From positions 4,404,001-4,468,000 of the forward strand of contig NC_087250.1 in assembly GCF_037042905.1 (NCBI RefSeq): a DNA stretch of 64,000 nucleotides, written 5' to 3'. The stretch comes from Lytechinus pictus (Eukaryota). The notes under the pieces are model-generated. The model saw only the letters and a list, made by a program, of their open reading frames with translations, made no database searches and was not told where the DNA came from. This document shows positions 12,672-24,670 of the stretch, one piece after another. Made by a program: the position numbers and the translations under genes. Numbering within the stretch: position 1 is the stretch's first letter; each line of letters starts with the position of its first letter.

Positions 12672-13814
12672 TTGTCTCACCTGCATAGCAGAGTGAGACT
12701 ATAGGCGCCGCTTTTCCGACGGCGGCGGCGTTAACACCAAATCTTAACCTGAGGTTAAGTTTTTGAAATGACAGCATAACTTAAAGTATATGGACCTAGT
12801 TCATGAAACTTGGCCATAAGGTTAATCAAGTATAACTGAACCGCATACATTCGTAATTCCGAAGCTTCGTTATTCCGAAGGTTTGGATATTCCGACGGTT
12901 CGTTATTCCGAAGGTTCGTATTTCCGAAGGTTCGTAATTCCGAAGGTTCGTAAGTCCGAAAGCGAAATGAGGTTCGTAATTCCGAAGGTTCGTTAGTCCG
13001 AAAACAAAGTGAGGTTCGTAATTCCGAAGGTTCGTTAATCCGAAAACGAAATGAGGTTCGTAATTCCGAAGGTTCGTTAGTCCGAAAACGTAATGATTAA
13101 CGAACCTTATTTCGTTTTCGGACTAACGAACCGTCGGAACAACGAACCTTATTTCGTTTTCGGATTAACGAACCTTCGGAACAACGATCCTTATTTCGTT
13201 TTCGGACTAACGAACCTTCGGAACATCGAACCTTATTTCGTTTTCGGATTATCGAACATCCGGAATAACGAACCTTCGGAATAACGCCACAAATGTTCGG
13301 ATTAATGAACCCTTTTACGTTTTCGGATTAACGAACATCGAGGTATAGGCAATTTACGTGTTTCGGAATTACGAACCTTCGAAATAAAGAACCTTCGGAA
13401 TTACGAAGTGTAACCTTACTGAACATCCTGCCTGAGTTTCATGTCAAATGAACTTTGGCCCAATTGGGGTATCTGTTGAAGTACCATCATAACTTTAAAA
13501 GTTTATAGATCTGACTCGTGAAACTTGGACATAAGAGTTATCAAGTATCACTGAACATCGTGTGCGAGTTTCAGGTCACATGATCAAGGTCAAACGTCAT
13601 GTAAGGTCAATAAACTTTGGTCACGTTGGGGGTATTTTTTTTAATTACCATCATATCTCTGTAAGTGTATTGGTCTAGATCATAAAACGTGGAAATAAGA
13701 GTAACCAAGTATCACTGAACATCTTGTGCGAGTTATAGTAGTTTTCAAAATCAGCACTGCTGCTATATTGAATCGCGTGATGCAGGTGAGACCATCAGAG
13801 TCATTCCACTTGTT
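12672..13814 (+). mobile_element. Helentron-associated (HINE/DINE-1-like) non-autonomous element
   Basis: Exact 13-bp subterminal inverted repeat gtctcacctgcat (12674) / atgcaggtgagac (13780). The 5' copy is part of a local hairpin, followed by a (CGG)n microsatellite and internal tandem repeats. T-rich insertion site, no TSD. Confidence 0.7.
12842..13415. mobile_element. Foldback MITE built from ttcgtaattccgaagg subrepeats, inserted in the HINE
   Basis: Left-half repeats are inverted relative to the right half. 8-9 bp TSD taactgaa(c) / ttactgaa(c). Confidence 0.8.
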
Positions 13815-14613
13815 ATTTTTTTCCTCTTTCCCCTTTTCATCCAAATTTAACTCTTGTAAACACAATTTGCATGCTACTTGTGGTTCATGTCCCCGTCATG
13901 ATGGAGAAGGTGAATTATCTTTGGCACATGAGTGATTGCCTTGCTCCAAAGTAATCTCTTGAAAGTTCGGAGTCAATGTTTAGTTCTGCAGTAGGCCTAT
14001 CTGGAAAGCGGTCTTACACTTGCAGTTGAAAGTATTATACCGTGTGTGTAAAAAAAATTACACCTCACAAATCTTCCAAGGGTTGCATTAAAATCAATTT
14101 CAAAACACCTTTTCTGTAATTTACATTATAAATCAGTTCTGAAGATAACCTTATTGAAAAGGGATTTGCAAACATGTTTATTAAATCATGTAGGATTATG
14201 ACTTCATTGGCATCTGGGTTCACATTTGTTACGGTCATGCCTTTGGCGCAAATCAAAATTCACATCCCTGCAAAGAATGCCTATTGATCCAGGCGTGAAG
14301 AAATACCACATAAATATGGTATTAAAGTATTTGGGAGAAGATACTCTTTCCAGCTATATACAATGGTTACGTGTTAATATGTTTTCTTATTGAATTGGGA
14401 CTTTGTGAGGTGTCAAGTTGTTGATTTTTCTCTTTTTTTTTGTTTTGACTCACACGGTAGTATTTATAGCACACAACAATTTGATATTGATTGAAAATTG
14501 ATAAAACACTGCTATGCATAATATTTAGGAGCAACCATTTCCTACTGGAAATAACGCCGTGTATGCAGTGTATTAACAATTGCGTTCACACAGCGAACTA
14601 TGCAAAGTGATAC

Positions 14614-14795
14614 TCATTTGACAATACATTTTCTTCGTAACAGTTTCGGAATTCTTGTCAAGTGAGTGTGAGAAAACTCCCTATTCTTCACAAGCAAGGG
14701 TACCAATACAGTAAGAAAGATGACTATCTCCAGGAATATACCAGCCACTAACCACCACGTGACGTCATAGGAGGATGATATATGAGGTATTTTAT
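14614..14795 (-). CDS. SLC16-like transporter, terminal coding exon (TM12 and C-terminal tail)
   Basis: Acceptor ttctaaatctctctttAG, phase 1, in frame with exon 3. Encodes (D)KIPHISSSYDVTWWLVAGIFLEIVIFLTVLVPLLVK...RKCIVK*. Confidence 0.8.
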
Positions 14796-14905
14796 CTAAA
14801 GAGAGATTTAGAAGAAAAAATAGTATGAAAGTTACAGGGGAAAATGCAAGACTACAGCATGATTCTTCCAATAATTATCATTCATCTTCAAAACTGTTTC
14901 TCTGA

Positions 14906-15213
14906 TTAACGGTTCACCATGTGTAATATGAAGAATGGAAGGAAATGCAGGCAGAAAGATTGAAATGGAAAGACGAGATAGGATGAAAAGAGAAAATGAG
15001 AAGTACTCTTTTCTTGAAAGTGAGTGAAGTCCTGAAAAGGACTGTAAACCAGATGAGATGAGCTGAATATGGCTTGAGTAGCGATGGTTTGAGTAGTAAC
15101 AGGTTAGAGTGAAGAGAGGTTACTCGACGTTTTCATCCTATCTCGTCTTTCCATTTCAATCTTTCTGCCTGTATTTCCTTCCCTTCTTCATATTACACAT
15201 GTTGAACCGTTAA
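14906..15213. repeat. 84-bp inverted repeat with a 140-bp loop, possibly a Penelope-like element end
   Basis: 14906-14989 pairs with 15130-15213 with few mismatches. Confidence 0.75.
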
Positions 15214-15643
15214 CCTTCTTTCCGTTATAAACTCCACCATGCAAACCTACAAAGATCATCTGTTACTCTGATTGTCCACTGTTCGTGTGGTAAATTCATT
15301 GAGTCTAGTGCCATTCTGTCCAACATTTCGTTAACAACCATTCGGTCCAATAACCATTTGATCCAATCATGACTTCGGTTTATCACCAGTTCGTCTATGA
15401 CCATTTGGTTTCATAACCGGTTGATCTAATGCACGTTGTATTTTCATTAACTTTGCCCAATGAACACTTAGTCTAATTGGACCAAAAGGTTATGGATTAA
15501 ATGGTAATTTGACTTATTGTGGTGAGTGGACAAAATAGCAATTAGACCATGTGGATATTTCGGATGAACTGATGGTAGACTAAATGATAGTAGACGAGTT
15601 GGCAATTGGACGAATTGGCATGGGACCAATGAAAATAAGCAGT

Positions 15644-15955
15644 TTGTGTTATGGCAGTAATTGACTCCCGTAGGAACTCGTCAGGACAGTTTTCGGCTGA
15701 TAAAACGCTAAACTGGTATAACCAGTAACAATAAAAAAAAATTAGGTTTAAGCATATCAGGCTTACTGGTTGATCATTTTATAGATAATATAACTTTTTT
15801 CCATCTCGGGTCTTTTATCAAAGTGGAGACAATGGCGGAGCGGGGATTCGATCTTACAACCTCCGGTTAAGAGTCCCAAATGGCGAAGCGGGGATTCGAA
15901 CTTACAACCTCGCGATTAAGAGTCCAAAACACTAACAACTAGACCACACGACTCA
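15644..15955 (-). mobile_element. tRNA-derived SINE, family B, with a duplicated B-box segment (second copy at 17942-18199)
   Basis: Head gagtcgtgtggtctagt...ggactcttaatc...gttcgaatcccc on the minus strand. Body actcccgtaggaactcg shared with 17942-18199. Confidence 0.8.
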
Positions 15956-16136
15956 CCGACGGCTGCAATAATTTTCTACTACCGTGTCTATGACATTAAT
16001 GTTGGTCGAAATGACGACATATTACTTTTTTATTAGACGACATGACAGGATAACATAGTTCATGGCATCAAACTAATAAGGCTACGTCGACATGTAAAAA
16101 TAAAATGCCCCAGCTTCTTGACAAAATGGCGCTATC

Positions 16137-16608
16137 GGCCCGAATTCACAAAGGTGGTTTTGGAAGCCATCGGTTGAACTCGTTGTTTATGCAGGTTCAC
16201 TGCATAAATTTACGCTTATTTACGGCGTATAATAAACCAAATATCAGGCTTTGCGAAAGCATAGTGGAATTATTTATCCGATTATTTATCAGTATTGGTC
16301 CTTTATCTCTTAGATACGCTGTAAATTGAGCGTAATTTATACATGAAATCTGCATAAGCCATCGGTTCAACCTAGTCTGCAGGCATGCACAGATCCTGAT
16401 TGAAACTTTGATAAACAAGTGTGTCTCCACGCAAAGACTAGCACATACAAACCTAAGCAAGAGTGCCTTCAGTACACAAGGCATGAGTAGGCTGCACATT
16501 CAGACCCTTAACTCGAGTAAAGGGTTTGCAACAGCAAACTCGGTTCAACCCTACGTCTTTGGTTCAGCAGATGGTTTTCAAAACCATGCACCTTTGTGAA
16601 TTCGGGTC
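16137..16608. mobile_element. PIF/Harbinger-like palindromic MITE (related copy at 62819-63220)
   Basis: ggcccgaattcacaaaggtg ... cacctttgtgaattcgggtc. Confidence 0.75.
16372..16541. mobile_element. ~170 bp element with TAG-type termini and 9-bp TSD (Academ-like); second copy at ~37103-37269 in opposite orientation
   Basis: TSDs ggttcaacc/ggttcaacc and gtgctaaca/gtgctaata. Terminus tagtctgc...cagaccct. The two bodies are clearly homologous. Confidence 0.7.
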
Positions 16609-16726
16609 ATTAAGTCAAAGATAGGTAACTTGTCTAATAGTAAGCCTGCAAATCGAGCGTGGCAAACGAAAGTGTTCCAAGATGGTCTTTTTTAAACTGT
16701 AAAAAAAGTGGCTCGACTTTTAATAC

Positions 16727-17710
16727 CTGAATAGAAGTCTCCAAGCAACGTTCCTATACCCATGGAAAACGGTCCAGCGGCGAAAACAACATCCTTCTTG
16801 CCGAGAGACGCCCTCTCGCGAGCTGCTAGAGTTCCCAATATTGCCCTTCCTCCAATTGTTCCTGCTCGAATGCATGTCGTCACAATAATCAAATAGAGAG
16901 TAGATAAAAAGACGTCACACAGTAGGGAGGCTATATCAAGAACGGTACATACGAGGTAAACGGTGACAGGACTGAATCGATTGTCGCAAAGGAGACCGAC
17001 GACAACCCTTCCGCTGATGCCACCGATCGCTGCAGAGAGCGATAGAAGAATAAGGTTTTCTTGTACGTTGAATCCCTTTTCTAAAGCGTTGGGAATGATT
17101 AAGGAATGCCAGCCGCAGTATCCAAGGGACACAAGAAACATTGCTATAAAGAAGAAATTGAACGCTGGATCGGTGTAAAAATCAGACTCCTGAATACCGG
17201 ACACTATCCTGCGAAGGAATCCGTTTGGTAACTCACAATCCCTGTCCAGTTGCTCAGTGGTTCCTTCCTCTACACCACATGAGGGCGCCTCATCAATTAA
17301 AGGATACGATTCTCTCCGCGAGGTGTCAATCACACTGCTGTCTGAATCGGACTCTTCTTCTTCATCACCCATTTCTACACCGCGACTATAAGAAGTACTA
17401 GGAAAACCTTCACTTTCCTCCACGACATCTCCTTGTCCGGGTCTGCAATCGTCCACTCTTCTCCAACCGGAAGTTGCCGGGAATCTCACGGCAGCAGCAC
17501 AGGGTATGATGTTACCCACAAGTGCACCAAGGATCAGAGTACCGCCCCTCCAGCCGTAACACTCCCCAAGGTATAAAGTCAAGGCCGACAGGCTCACAAC
17601 ACCTATCCCTATTCCACAAGTCGAAATACTATAGATGAGATTAAAGTGTTGGCTGGCGAGATTACTTAGTGTGATTGAGGCAGTTGTCAAGAGGATGCAG
17701 TTTCCTAGCC
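16727..17710 (-). CDS. SLC16-like transporter, coding exon 3 (TM4-11 with large acidic central loop)
   Basis: Acceptor ttcttgttttgtAG and donor CAG|GTATTA. 984 nt open. Contains the SLC16 signature YGWRGGTLILGALVGNIIPCAAAVRFP and GRVVVGLLCD. Confidence 0.92.
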
Positions 17711-17766
17711 CTACAAAACAAGAAGTATAGAAGGAATTCTATGTGTCAATTCAGAATCAGGCTTAA

Positions 17767-18617
17767 AGGCAGCGTCCAGGCTGGAGATATCTATATCTCA
17801 GTAAATAGAGTAAAATTCACAGAACCAAATGCTGAAAATTGGATCAAAATTGCATAACAAATAACAAATTTATTGAATTTTAAAAATTTGCATTATTCCG
17901 GTGAAACAGTTATAGGCATGTTTTTATGAATATTCATTAGGTTCTGTTTCTGTTTGTGGTAACTCCCGTAGGAACTCGGCAGGACAGCATTTTGCTGGTA
18001 AACGCCAAGTTGGTATATAACCAATTACCTATGAAATATTTTACGTCTAGGTTAATCAGTCATAGTGGCTGACGTTATAGACGACAGATATCACTCTCGG
18101 GTCTTTTTATCAAAGCGGAGACAATGACAGAGTTGGGATTCGAACTCACAACCTTGCGATTACGAGTCTAATGCTTTATCCACTGGACCACACGACCCTG
18201 GCTGATGATGTCATATCCTCACTTTTCTTTATTTTTTTATGAAATTAGGTTTACTCAATTTTTGTTCTAATTACCAAGAACTAAAACAATTGGATTGAAA
18301 ACCGATTAAGTGCACCAGTTGTTTATTGCTGCAATTATCATAATGGAGACGCATCATTTGCACATTTATGCAAAAATGAAACATTTATGATTTCGTGTAA
18401 TAACATAAGAAAAAGGAAAGTTGGGATGTCACATCATCAGCCCACCTCATGAATATCCATGACTATGTGCATATAACTGTTTTCACAAAATATTGATAAA
18501 CTTTAAATTTCAATAACTTTGTTACTTGTTATCCGATTTTGATGAAATTGTCAGCATTTTGCTTTGCGAATTTTACTCTCTTTATTTAGATGAATATTTT
18601 CAGCCCGCACCATCCCT
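17767..18617. mobile_element. Kolobok-type MITE interrupted by a family-B SINE (17942-18199)
   Basis: TTAA|aggcagcgtccaggctg ... cagcccgcaccatccct|tcaa. Confidence 0.7.
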
Positions 18618-18619
18618 TC

Positions 18620-19124
18620 AATAACAACAATAATATAGGATTTGTATAGCGCACGTATCCACCTTGCTAGGTGCTCAAGGTGCTCCTTTATTACCCCGGC
18701 TAAACTAGTCTACCGATTCTGGTGCACACAGCTTTTTGAGGAATTACTTCCTGCCGGTACCCATTTACCTCACCTGGGTCGAGTGCAGCACAGTGTGGAT
18801 AAATCTCTTGCTGAAGGGAAACACGCCATGGCTAGGATTCGAACCCACGACCCTCTGTTTAAAAAGCGAGAGTCAGAACCACTAAACCCCGACGCACCCA
18901 CAATACCTGATAATAAGTTGCACCAGATTTAGCTGTACTGCCATATAGGCGCTGAAGCATTCAAGGAATTTCTTCCTACCGGATACCCATTCACCTCACC
19001 TGGTTTGAGTGCAGCACAATTTGGGTATATTTCTTGCGATAGGAAAATACGCCGTGGCTGGGAATCGATCCCACGCCCCAGATATTAAAAGACGAGCGTC
19101 ATAACCACTAGACCATGGCGCCCT
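18620..19124 (-). mobile_element. Two adjacent tRNA-derived SINEs, family A
   Basis: B-boxes ggattcgaaccc and ggaatcgatccc, shared core tacccatt(t/c)acctcacctgg..gagtgcagcaca and an (ATA)n tail. Confidence 0.85.
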
Positions 19125-19419
19125 CACATTAAAATAAATGTATAATTGGTAGGCCCATCATCTTCAATACGGTATACCGACATAGAGGAATCGGGCAATG
19201 GCGGATCCCGGGTTGACAATTAAAGGGGGAGGACCATTACTTATTCAAATTTTTCAACACAACAATAAATCATTCGACAATTTAGTTTTAAAAAAATACT
19301 CTAATCACACATAACTTGACACGGGGTGAAAAAAATATCTTTTAAAATTGTCCTCTGTTTCCTCCAGCCACATCATCCACCACTGAAACTGAAAGGCCTC
19401 GTAATTGGTAATAGGCAGA

Positions 19420-19907
19420 CAATTCGGTGGGTTCACAGTACGGTGCGCCATCTATCGGTTGCAGCGGACAGGGCGAAATTCGCAATGCCTCATGGGAAAA
19501 AGTCGACATCTGGGGCCTTTGAGGAGTTAAAATTGTTGCAACTTTGCCATTATGGCAACTACCATGGTAATCTTGATTTTGATTGGCTGCTGAGCCCCGT
19601 TGCCATGGTATAGTTGTCATAATGGCAAAGTTGTTTACTCTTTATGAAACGGGCCTCTGGGGCCTGTTTACTAGGGTCCAGGGGGTGGAGAGAACTTTAC
19701 CCGCATATTTCTGTGCGAAATTTAGACCGTTTTGGTGAATTTCTGCCATGGGGTTTCCATTTTGAAGCATCACAAGTCACATTACATGCAGTTCACTAGC
19801 ACTGAGCGCTGCCTGTGCCCGTGCGCGATGTTGACCGCAAAGTTAGACAATTGGCCTGTTCGCTGCAACCGATAGAGGGCGCACCATATTGTGAATCCAC
19901 CGAATTG
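19420..19907. mobile_element. MITE with ~55 bp TIRs containing a nested Harbinger-like MITE (~19512-19657)
   Basis: caattcggtgggttcacagtacggtgcgccatctatcggttgcagcg pairs with cgctgcaaccgatagagggcgcaccatattgtgaatccaccgaattg. Confidence 0.75.
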
Positions 19908-20078
19908 ATTTACGATAGTCACTTGATTTGCTAATCATTTATTCAATTCAATTCAATTCAAATAAATTCAACTGAATTATCAATCATGTGATCACCATGG
20001 TACAGATTTCGGGCGAATTTGTTATGTTACATCGATTTTATAAATTATAGATTGATTAATGCATAACATAATACTTAC

Positions 20079-20222
20079 CGCATATTGACATCAATATTCG
20101 AAGAGGACCTATTTTAGATACAAATGACGTCATCATAATACTGAAGGGAATCAGGCAAGAAACACATATCAACATCACGCGACGTAGAGGGCGTTGTTGA
20201 TATAGAACTGCCACTAGAGGAG
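20079..20222 (-). CDS. SLC16-like transporter, coding exon 2 (TM3-4); not in the ORF track
   Basis: Acceptor ttctctgttcacgcAG and donor GCG|GTAAGTAT. 144 nt, phase 1-1, open: (A)PLVAVLYQQRPLRRVMLICVSCLIPFSIMMTSFVSKIGPLRILMSIC(G). Joins exons 1 and 3 in frame. Confidence 0.85.
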
Positions 20223-21073
20223 CTGCGTGAACAGAGAATATAGTACAAAAAGACGAATTATTTTATTATTTATATTTATTAAAATACATTCATTCAGGAG
20301 AACACATAAGATCAGTATAAGAACGCTGTTTACATCAAGGTCCTGAAAAGGTTAAGAATCAAATCTGAAAAGGAATACGACCCGTTGAGTATAGCTTAGG
20401 GGACTTTCCATTCCAAGTTTTACTCACTTTCTATCATTCTCCTGTTCTTTCATATCTTAGTGAATTTGAGATTATATTGCTACTTGTATATTGTAGGAAA
20501 GGGAGCACCCTTTCCTATCCCTATGGGGTCCTCAAAATAGCAAACATGCTCCAGAATCGCAGATTTTGTAGGCAACCCTCCATTGTTCTTTACACAAATT
20601 TTCAGATTTTCCCCGTTATTTTTCAAATCGCAACTTGCCTCCTTCTGAGCATAACATTCTATCATGGGAAAATATAATTTACACCACACATGTTAAGGTC
20701 AGGAAGAGATAATGTGCAATATGTAAAATAAAGGGGGAAATCTGAAAATTTGTGTGCAAAACAAATGGAGAGTTTTTTCCGCCATTTTGAAGCATGTTGG
20801 CCCGTTTGAGGATCCCACAGAACATACAAGACTTTCCAACTCTCACAACACGCTGAGATTTTAGATTACTTCTCTTAGTTTATTCTTTCAGATGAGATTG
20901 ATTCTCTCCTTGTATTTGGGTTTCATTTTAGTATTACATCTCTTTTTTTTTTAATATAATTTTTTTCCTTCAAATTCTCACGCTTTCCCTTTCCTTTCCT
21001 TTTATGCTTAAGTATTTCAAAAACAATTTTCCCCGAGGCGAGGTCGCCGTACCCGCATCGATTTCCCTCTTTA

Positions 21074-23326
21074 CACTGCAAAACGCCGGTGTTAATTTAA
21101 CACCAGCCTTGTATGTATATCGGTCCACACCGGAGAGGTGTTGAAACAACACCGGTTTGGCTTTTTCCTATAACCCCGACGAACAGAGTTCGGAGGATGC
21201 TGTGGATTTAGCCTCGTCGCGCCGCAGCCGCGCGCCGCCGACGTTGTCCGCCTCCGCAGAGAGTTCCTTGTGAGCGCTCTACCAGCTGCATTTCTTCTCT
21301 GATCATCTTCAAATTTGGCATGAAGGACCATTATGAAAAAGCAAAGCAGCCTATTAAAATTGATGTGGGCGGAGACATCGTTGCCATGGTAGCAAGAGTT
21401 TTTTGGGGTTTTTTAAATAGCAGAGATTTCCTTGCGAGTGGTCTACTGGCTGCGTTTCGTCTCTGATCATCTTGAAATTTTGTCATGAAAGTCGCTATGG
21501 TTAAACACAGCCGCATATTGAATTTAGAGTGGGTGGATATATGGTTCCCACGGTAACCATATTTTTGTGGAAAATTTTGTAAAACTTGTAACTCCTGCTT
21601 TTTTCCAGTTTGTCATAACAGATGGCACACAGAAGCAATATTAGAAGGTAAAGCGAAGATCGATGCCTATCATTTTGGTTGGGGTGAGTTTTTATTGTCA
21701 TGGTAACAATCCAAGCGAGTGTTACCAATAACTATGACAATCCTGTGTATCATGATTACTTCATTCCAAGGTACATGTATCATAATACCATGCTGTTTCC
21801 AAATAGAAAGTTTGTCATAGCAGATGGCACACAGAAGCAATGTTAGAAGGTAAAGTGAAAATGCCTATCATTTAAGTGGGGGGGGGGTCTTGTAGGATTA
21901 GGTTTACAAAATATATCCAGATTACTCTATAATTGTAGTCCCCAACAAGTGCTACTGGAGAATACTTTGGGTTCTGCAGAGTCACGCTGCTGCGTCATAT
22001 TATTGTCATCAAATTTGGTAGCCACAGTCAAAATGGGGGCAGGGTCATCGTTGCCACGAGGATTGTATTTCTTTGTCGAATTTCTGTGTGAGCTCAATAT
22101 ATCACAACGATGGATGGTGCGGTAGGTTTGGGGGATACATGTGCTCGGCAGAATTTATATTTATTAAAGGGGAAGTTCACCGTGACAAAAAGTTTATTGT
22201 AAAAATAGCAGAAAAATAATAAAAAAATATTGCCGAAGGTTTGAGAAAAAATAATCAAATAATTAAAAAGTCATTAGGATTTCAATTATTTGATTTGTGA
22301 CGTCATATGCGAGCAGCATTCCTACATAGCGAATGGTAAAATATAAATGAAATGTCATTTTCTTAGAAAATTGAAAATGGTGTTCACTGTACCTTTTGTA
22401 TATCAATAGACAAATCATTTCACACCCGCTCATGAATAGAAAACAAAATTAAGTCATCAGGAACCATACAAAATTTGAAATTCATGCATTTTACATTACA
22501 TAACACATGGGGCAGCTGCTCGTTTATGACGTCACAAATCCAAAACTTTGAACTCTAATTACTTTCTTACTCTTTAACGGATTTTCCTCAAACCTTCACC
22601 AATATTTTTTACTATTTTTTTCTGCTATTTTTACAACAAAGTTTTCTTCAGGGTGAACTTCTCCTTTAAAGGACAATCCACCCCAACAAAAAGTTGATTT
22701 AGATAAAAAGAGACAAATTCAACAAGCATAACTTCATCAAAATAGGATGTAAATAAGAAAGTTATGACCTTTTAAAGTTTCGCTTAATTTCACAAAACAG
22801 TTAGGCGCACTTCCTAGTCGGTATGCAAATGAGGAGACAGATGACGTCATCCACTATTTCTTTTGTATTTTATTATATGAAATATTCTAATTTTCTCTTC
22901 ATTGCCAAGTGAAAAAACAATTTCTCCCTGAACATGTGGAATTAGCATGGTTTAATACTATATGGTTCAGTCAAGTTGGTCCTTATTGTCAAATCTGTAA
23001 CTAATGAAATATTGTATAAATCAAACAGTAAAAAAAAAAAAAAGTAAATAGTGAGTGAGGGACATCATCGACTGTCTTATTTCCATGTCACTCACTTTGC
23101 ATATCACTGTTTTGTGAAAGACAAGCGAAAATGCCTTAACTTTCTTATTTCATATCCGATTTGGATGAAACTTTCAGCATTAAGTTAGTTTGATTTTTCT
23201 CTATTTATTCGAATCAACAATTTTCAGGGGTGGACTTGACCTTTAACCAGTGTTGTTTAAACACATCTCGGATGTGGACCGATGTACGCTGCCTGGTGTT
23301 AAATCAACACCGGAGTTTTTGCAGTG
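21074..23326. mobile_element. CACTG-terminated palindromic MITE split by a HINE-like element (~21160-22163) and two Kolobok-type MITEs
   Basis: TA|cactgcaaaa..ccggtgtt ... aacaccggagtttttgcagtg|TA. An uninterrupted relative lies at ~28822-29060. Confidence 0.8.
22168..23242. mobile_element. Two different Kolobok-type MITEs in tandem (22168-22665, 22670-23242) sharing one TTAA
   Basis: TTAA|aggggaagttcacc...ggtgaacttctcct|TTAA|aggacaatccacccc...ggggtggacttgacct|TTAA. Confidence 0.85.
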
Positions 23327-23750
23327 TACCGCCTGTACGTCCCAACGCCCCGGCTTAACTTACGAAATCGACATTCTCTTTCATTGAACCAAATCCTGAA
23401 AAGAAATATGGGTAACAATTTTAATGGGCAAATATTTGAGATAAAACATGACCTATTTTCACGAACTCCAGTCATGATTCAAATCACAGAGTACCGTTCT
23501 AAGTTTGAATGTCATTCAAGGTTTGAACCCGTTGAATGACACTTTCAAACCAAACGTGAACAGTATTGATCTAATTTGTAATAGGCGTTTAGGTGGACAA
23601 TTGAAAATGGTGTCATTTTGAATATTGAAGTCTTTGAAGAAAAAGTTTAAATTGGATTTCCAAGTTATTTTTTTTCCTCTGTCAATTTGCTATATTTTGT
23701 ACTCTTTACAATCGGATGGTGCCAGATGGGCTGGGACATGACTGGGGCCC

Positions 23751-23813
23751 CAGGGGCGGATCCAAGATTTTTCAAAGGGGTGGGGGGCACATTATCCCGA
23801 GAAAATTTTGACA

Positions 23814-23850
<37 letters not shown>

Positions 23851-23984
23851 GGTTTTCACTTTTAAGGGGGGTGGCACACTTTGGTTTTAACGGGATTTTT
23901 ACATTACAAATTCTAATGGTGCCTCTCAAGGGGGGGGGGGGGGGCACGGGCTGGCTTTGCCCCCTCACCCCGGATCCGACAGTG
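23751..23984. mobile_element. hAT-like MITE
   Basis: caggggcggatcc ... ggatccgacagtg, with internal poly-A and poly-G tracts. Confidence 0.6.
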
Positions 23985-24149
23985 CTTCCCCCTATCAAAT
24001 AAAAGTACCTACACAAAATCCTTGCACTGTCGGTATCAAAATTCAACAAAATTTTTCTTTTGACTCCCACCACTCTCTTTTTTTTTTTACTTTTGCAATA
24101 TATCATTCTGTTGACCATCGTTCAGCTCCATGTTGTGTTGTTTGAAAAA

Positions 24150-24670
24150 AAATCAGTTTTTCAAGGGTGGGCAGGTTTTTGCTAGGTTTTTAGATAGTGA
24201 GGTAAGTAAGGATATTGGACGATAGCTGGAAACGAGTTGATTGTCACCTCTTTTAAATAATATTGTAATAACTGTGGAGATTTTCATTCTTAGGGACCCG
24301 TCCAGTACAAAGAGATAAATTAAAAGCATGTAATAATAATAATAATAATAATAATAATGTGACTTATAAAGCGCCAAATCCACTCTGTAGAGAGCTCAAG
24401 CAAGGCACATAAAGAGCTAAGAGTTAAATAAAAGAAGTTTTAAAAAAAAAATTGAAAGTTTCGACAGAGGTACATTTTTTTATGTCTTCAGGAAGGCTAT
24501 TCCACAAGGCTTTTCCCCCCAAGTTTTTGAAACTTTTGGAATAACAAGGAAGCCAGAAGTGGATGAGCGCAAAGACCTGCTTGGTCTGTAGTAATTGATA
24601 AATGAAAGACTGTATTTGTACCATACATGTACCATACAATGTATCATCGATGGCTGTAACAATTCTTTTA
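24150..24670 (-). mobile_element. LINE remnants (RT fragment plus an L2-like 3' end)
   Basis: LFKRGDNQLVSSYRPISLLTSLSK and LWNSLPEDIK..FK frames, with a (TTA)n tail at ~24331-24357. Confidence 0.75.

Noticed and set aside
12850..13410. CRISPR-like regular repeats
   Set aside because: There are no unique spacers or cas genes, and the repeats are mirrored inside a TSD-flanked eukaryotic foldback.
16692..17690. Single-exon 332-aa protein as given by the ORF track
   Set aside because: The TTG start and the GIKSRATFFTV tail are artefacts. Splice sites define an internal exon at 16727-17710.
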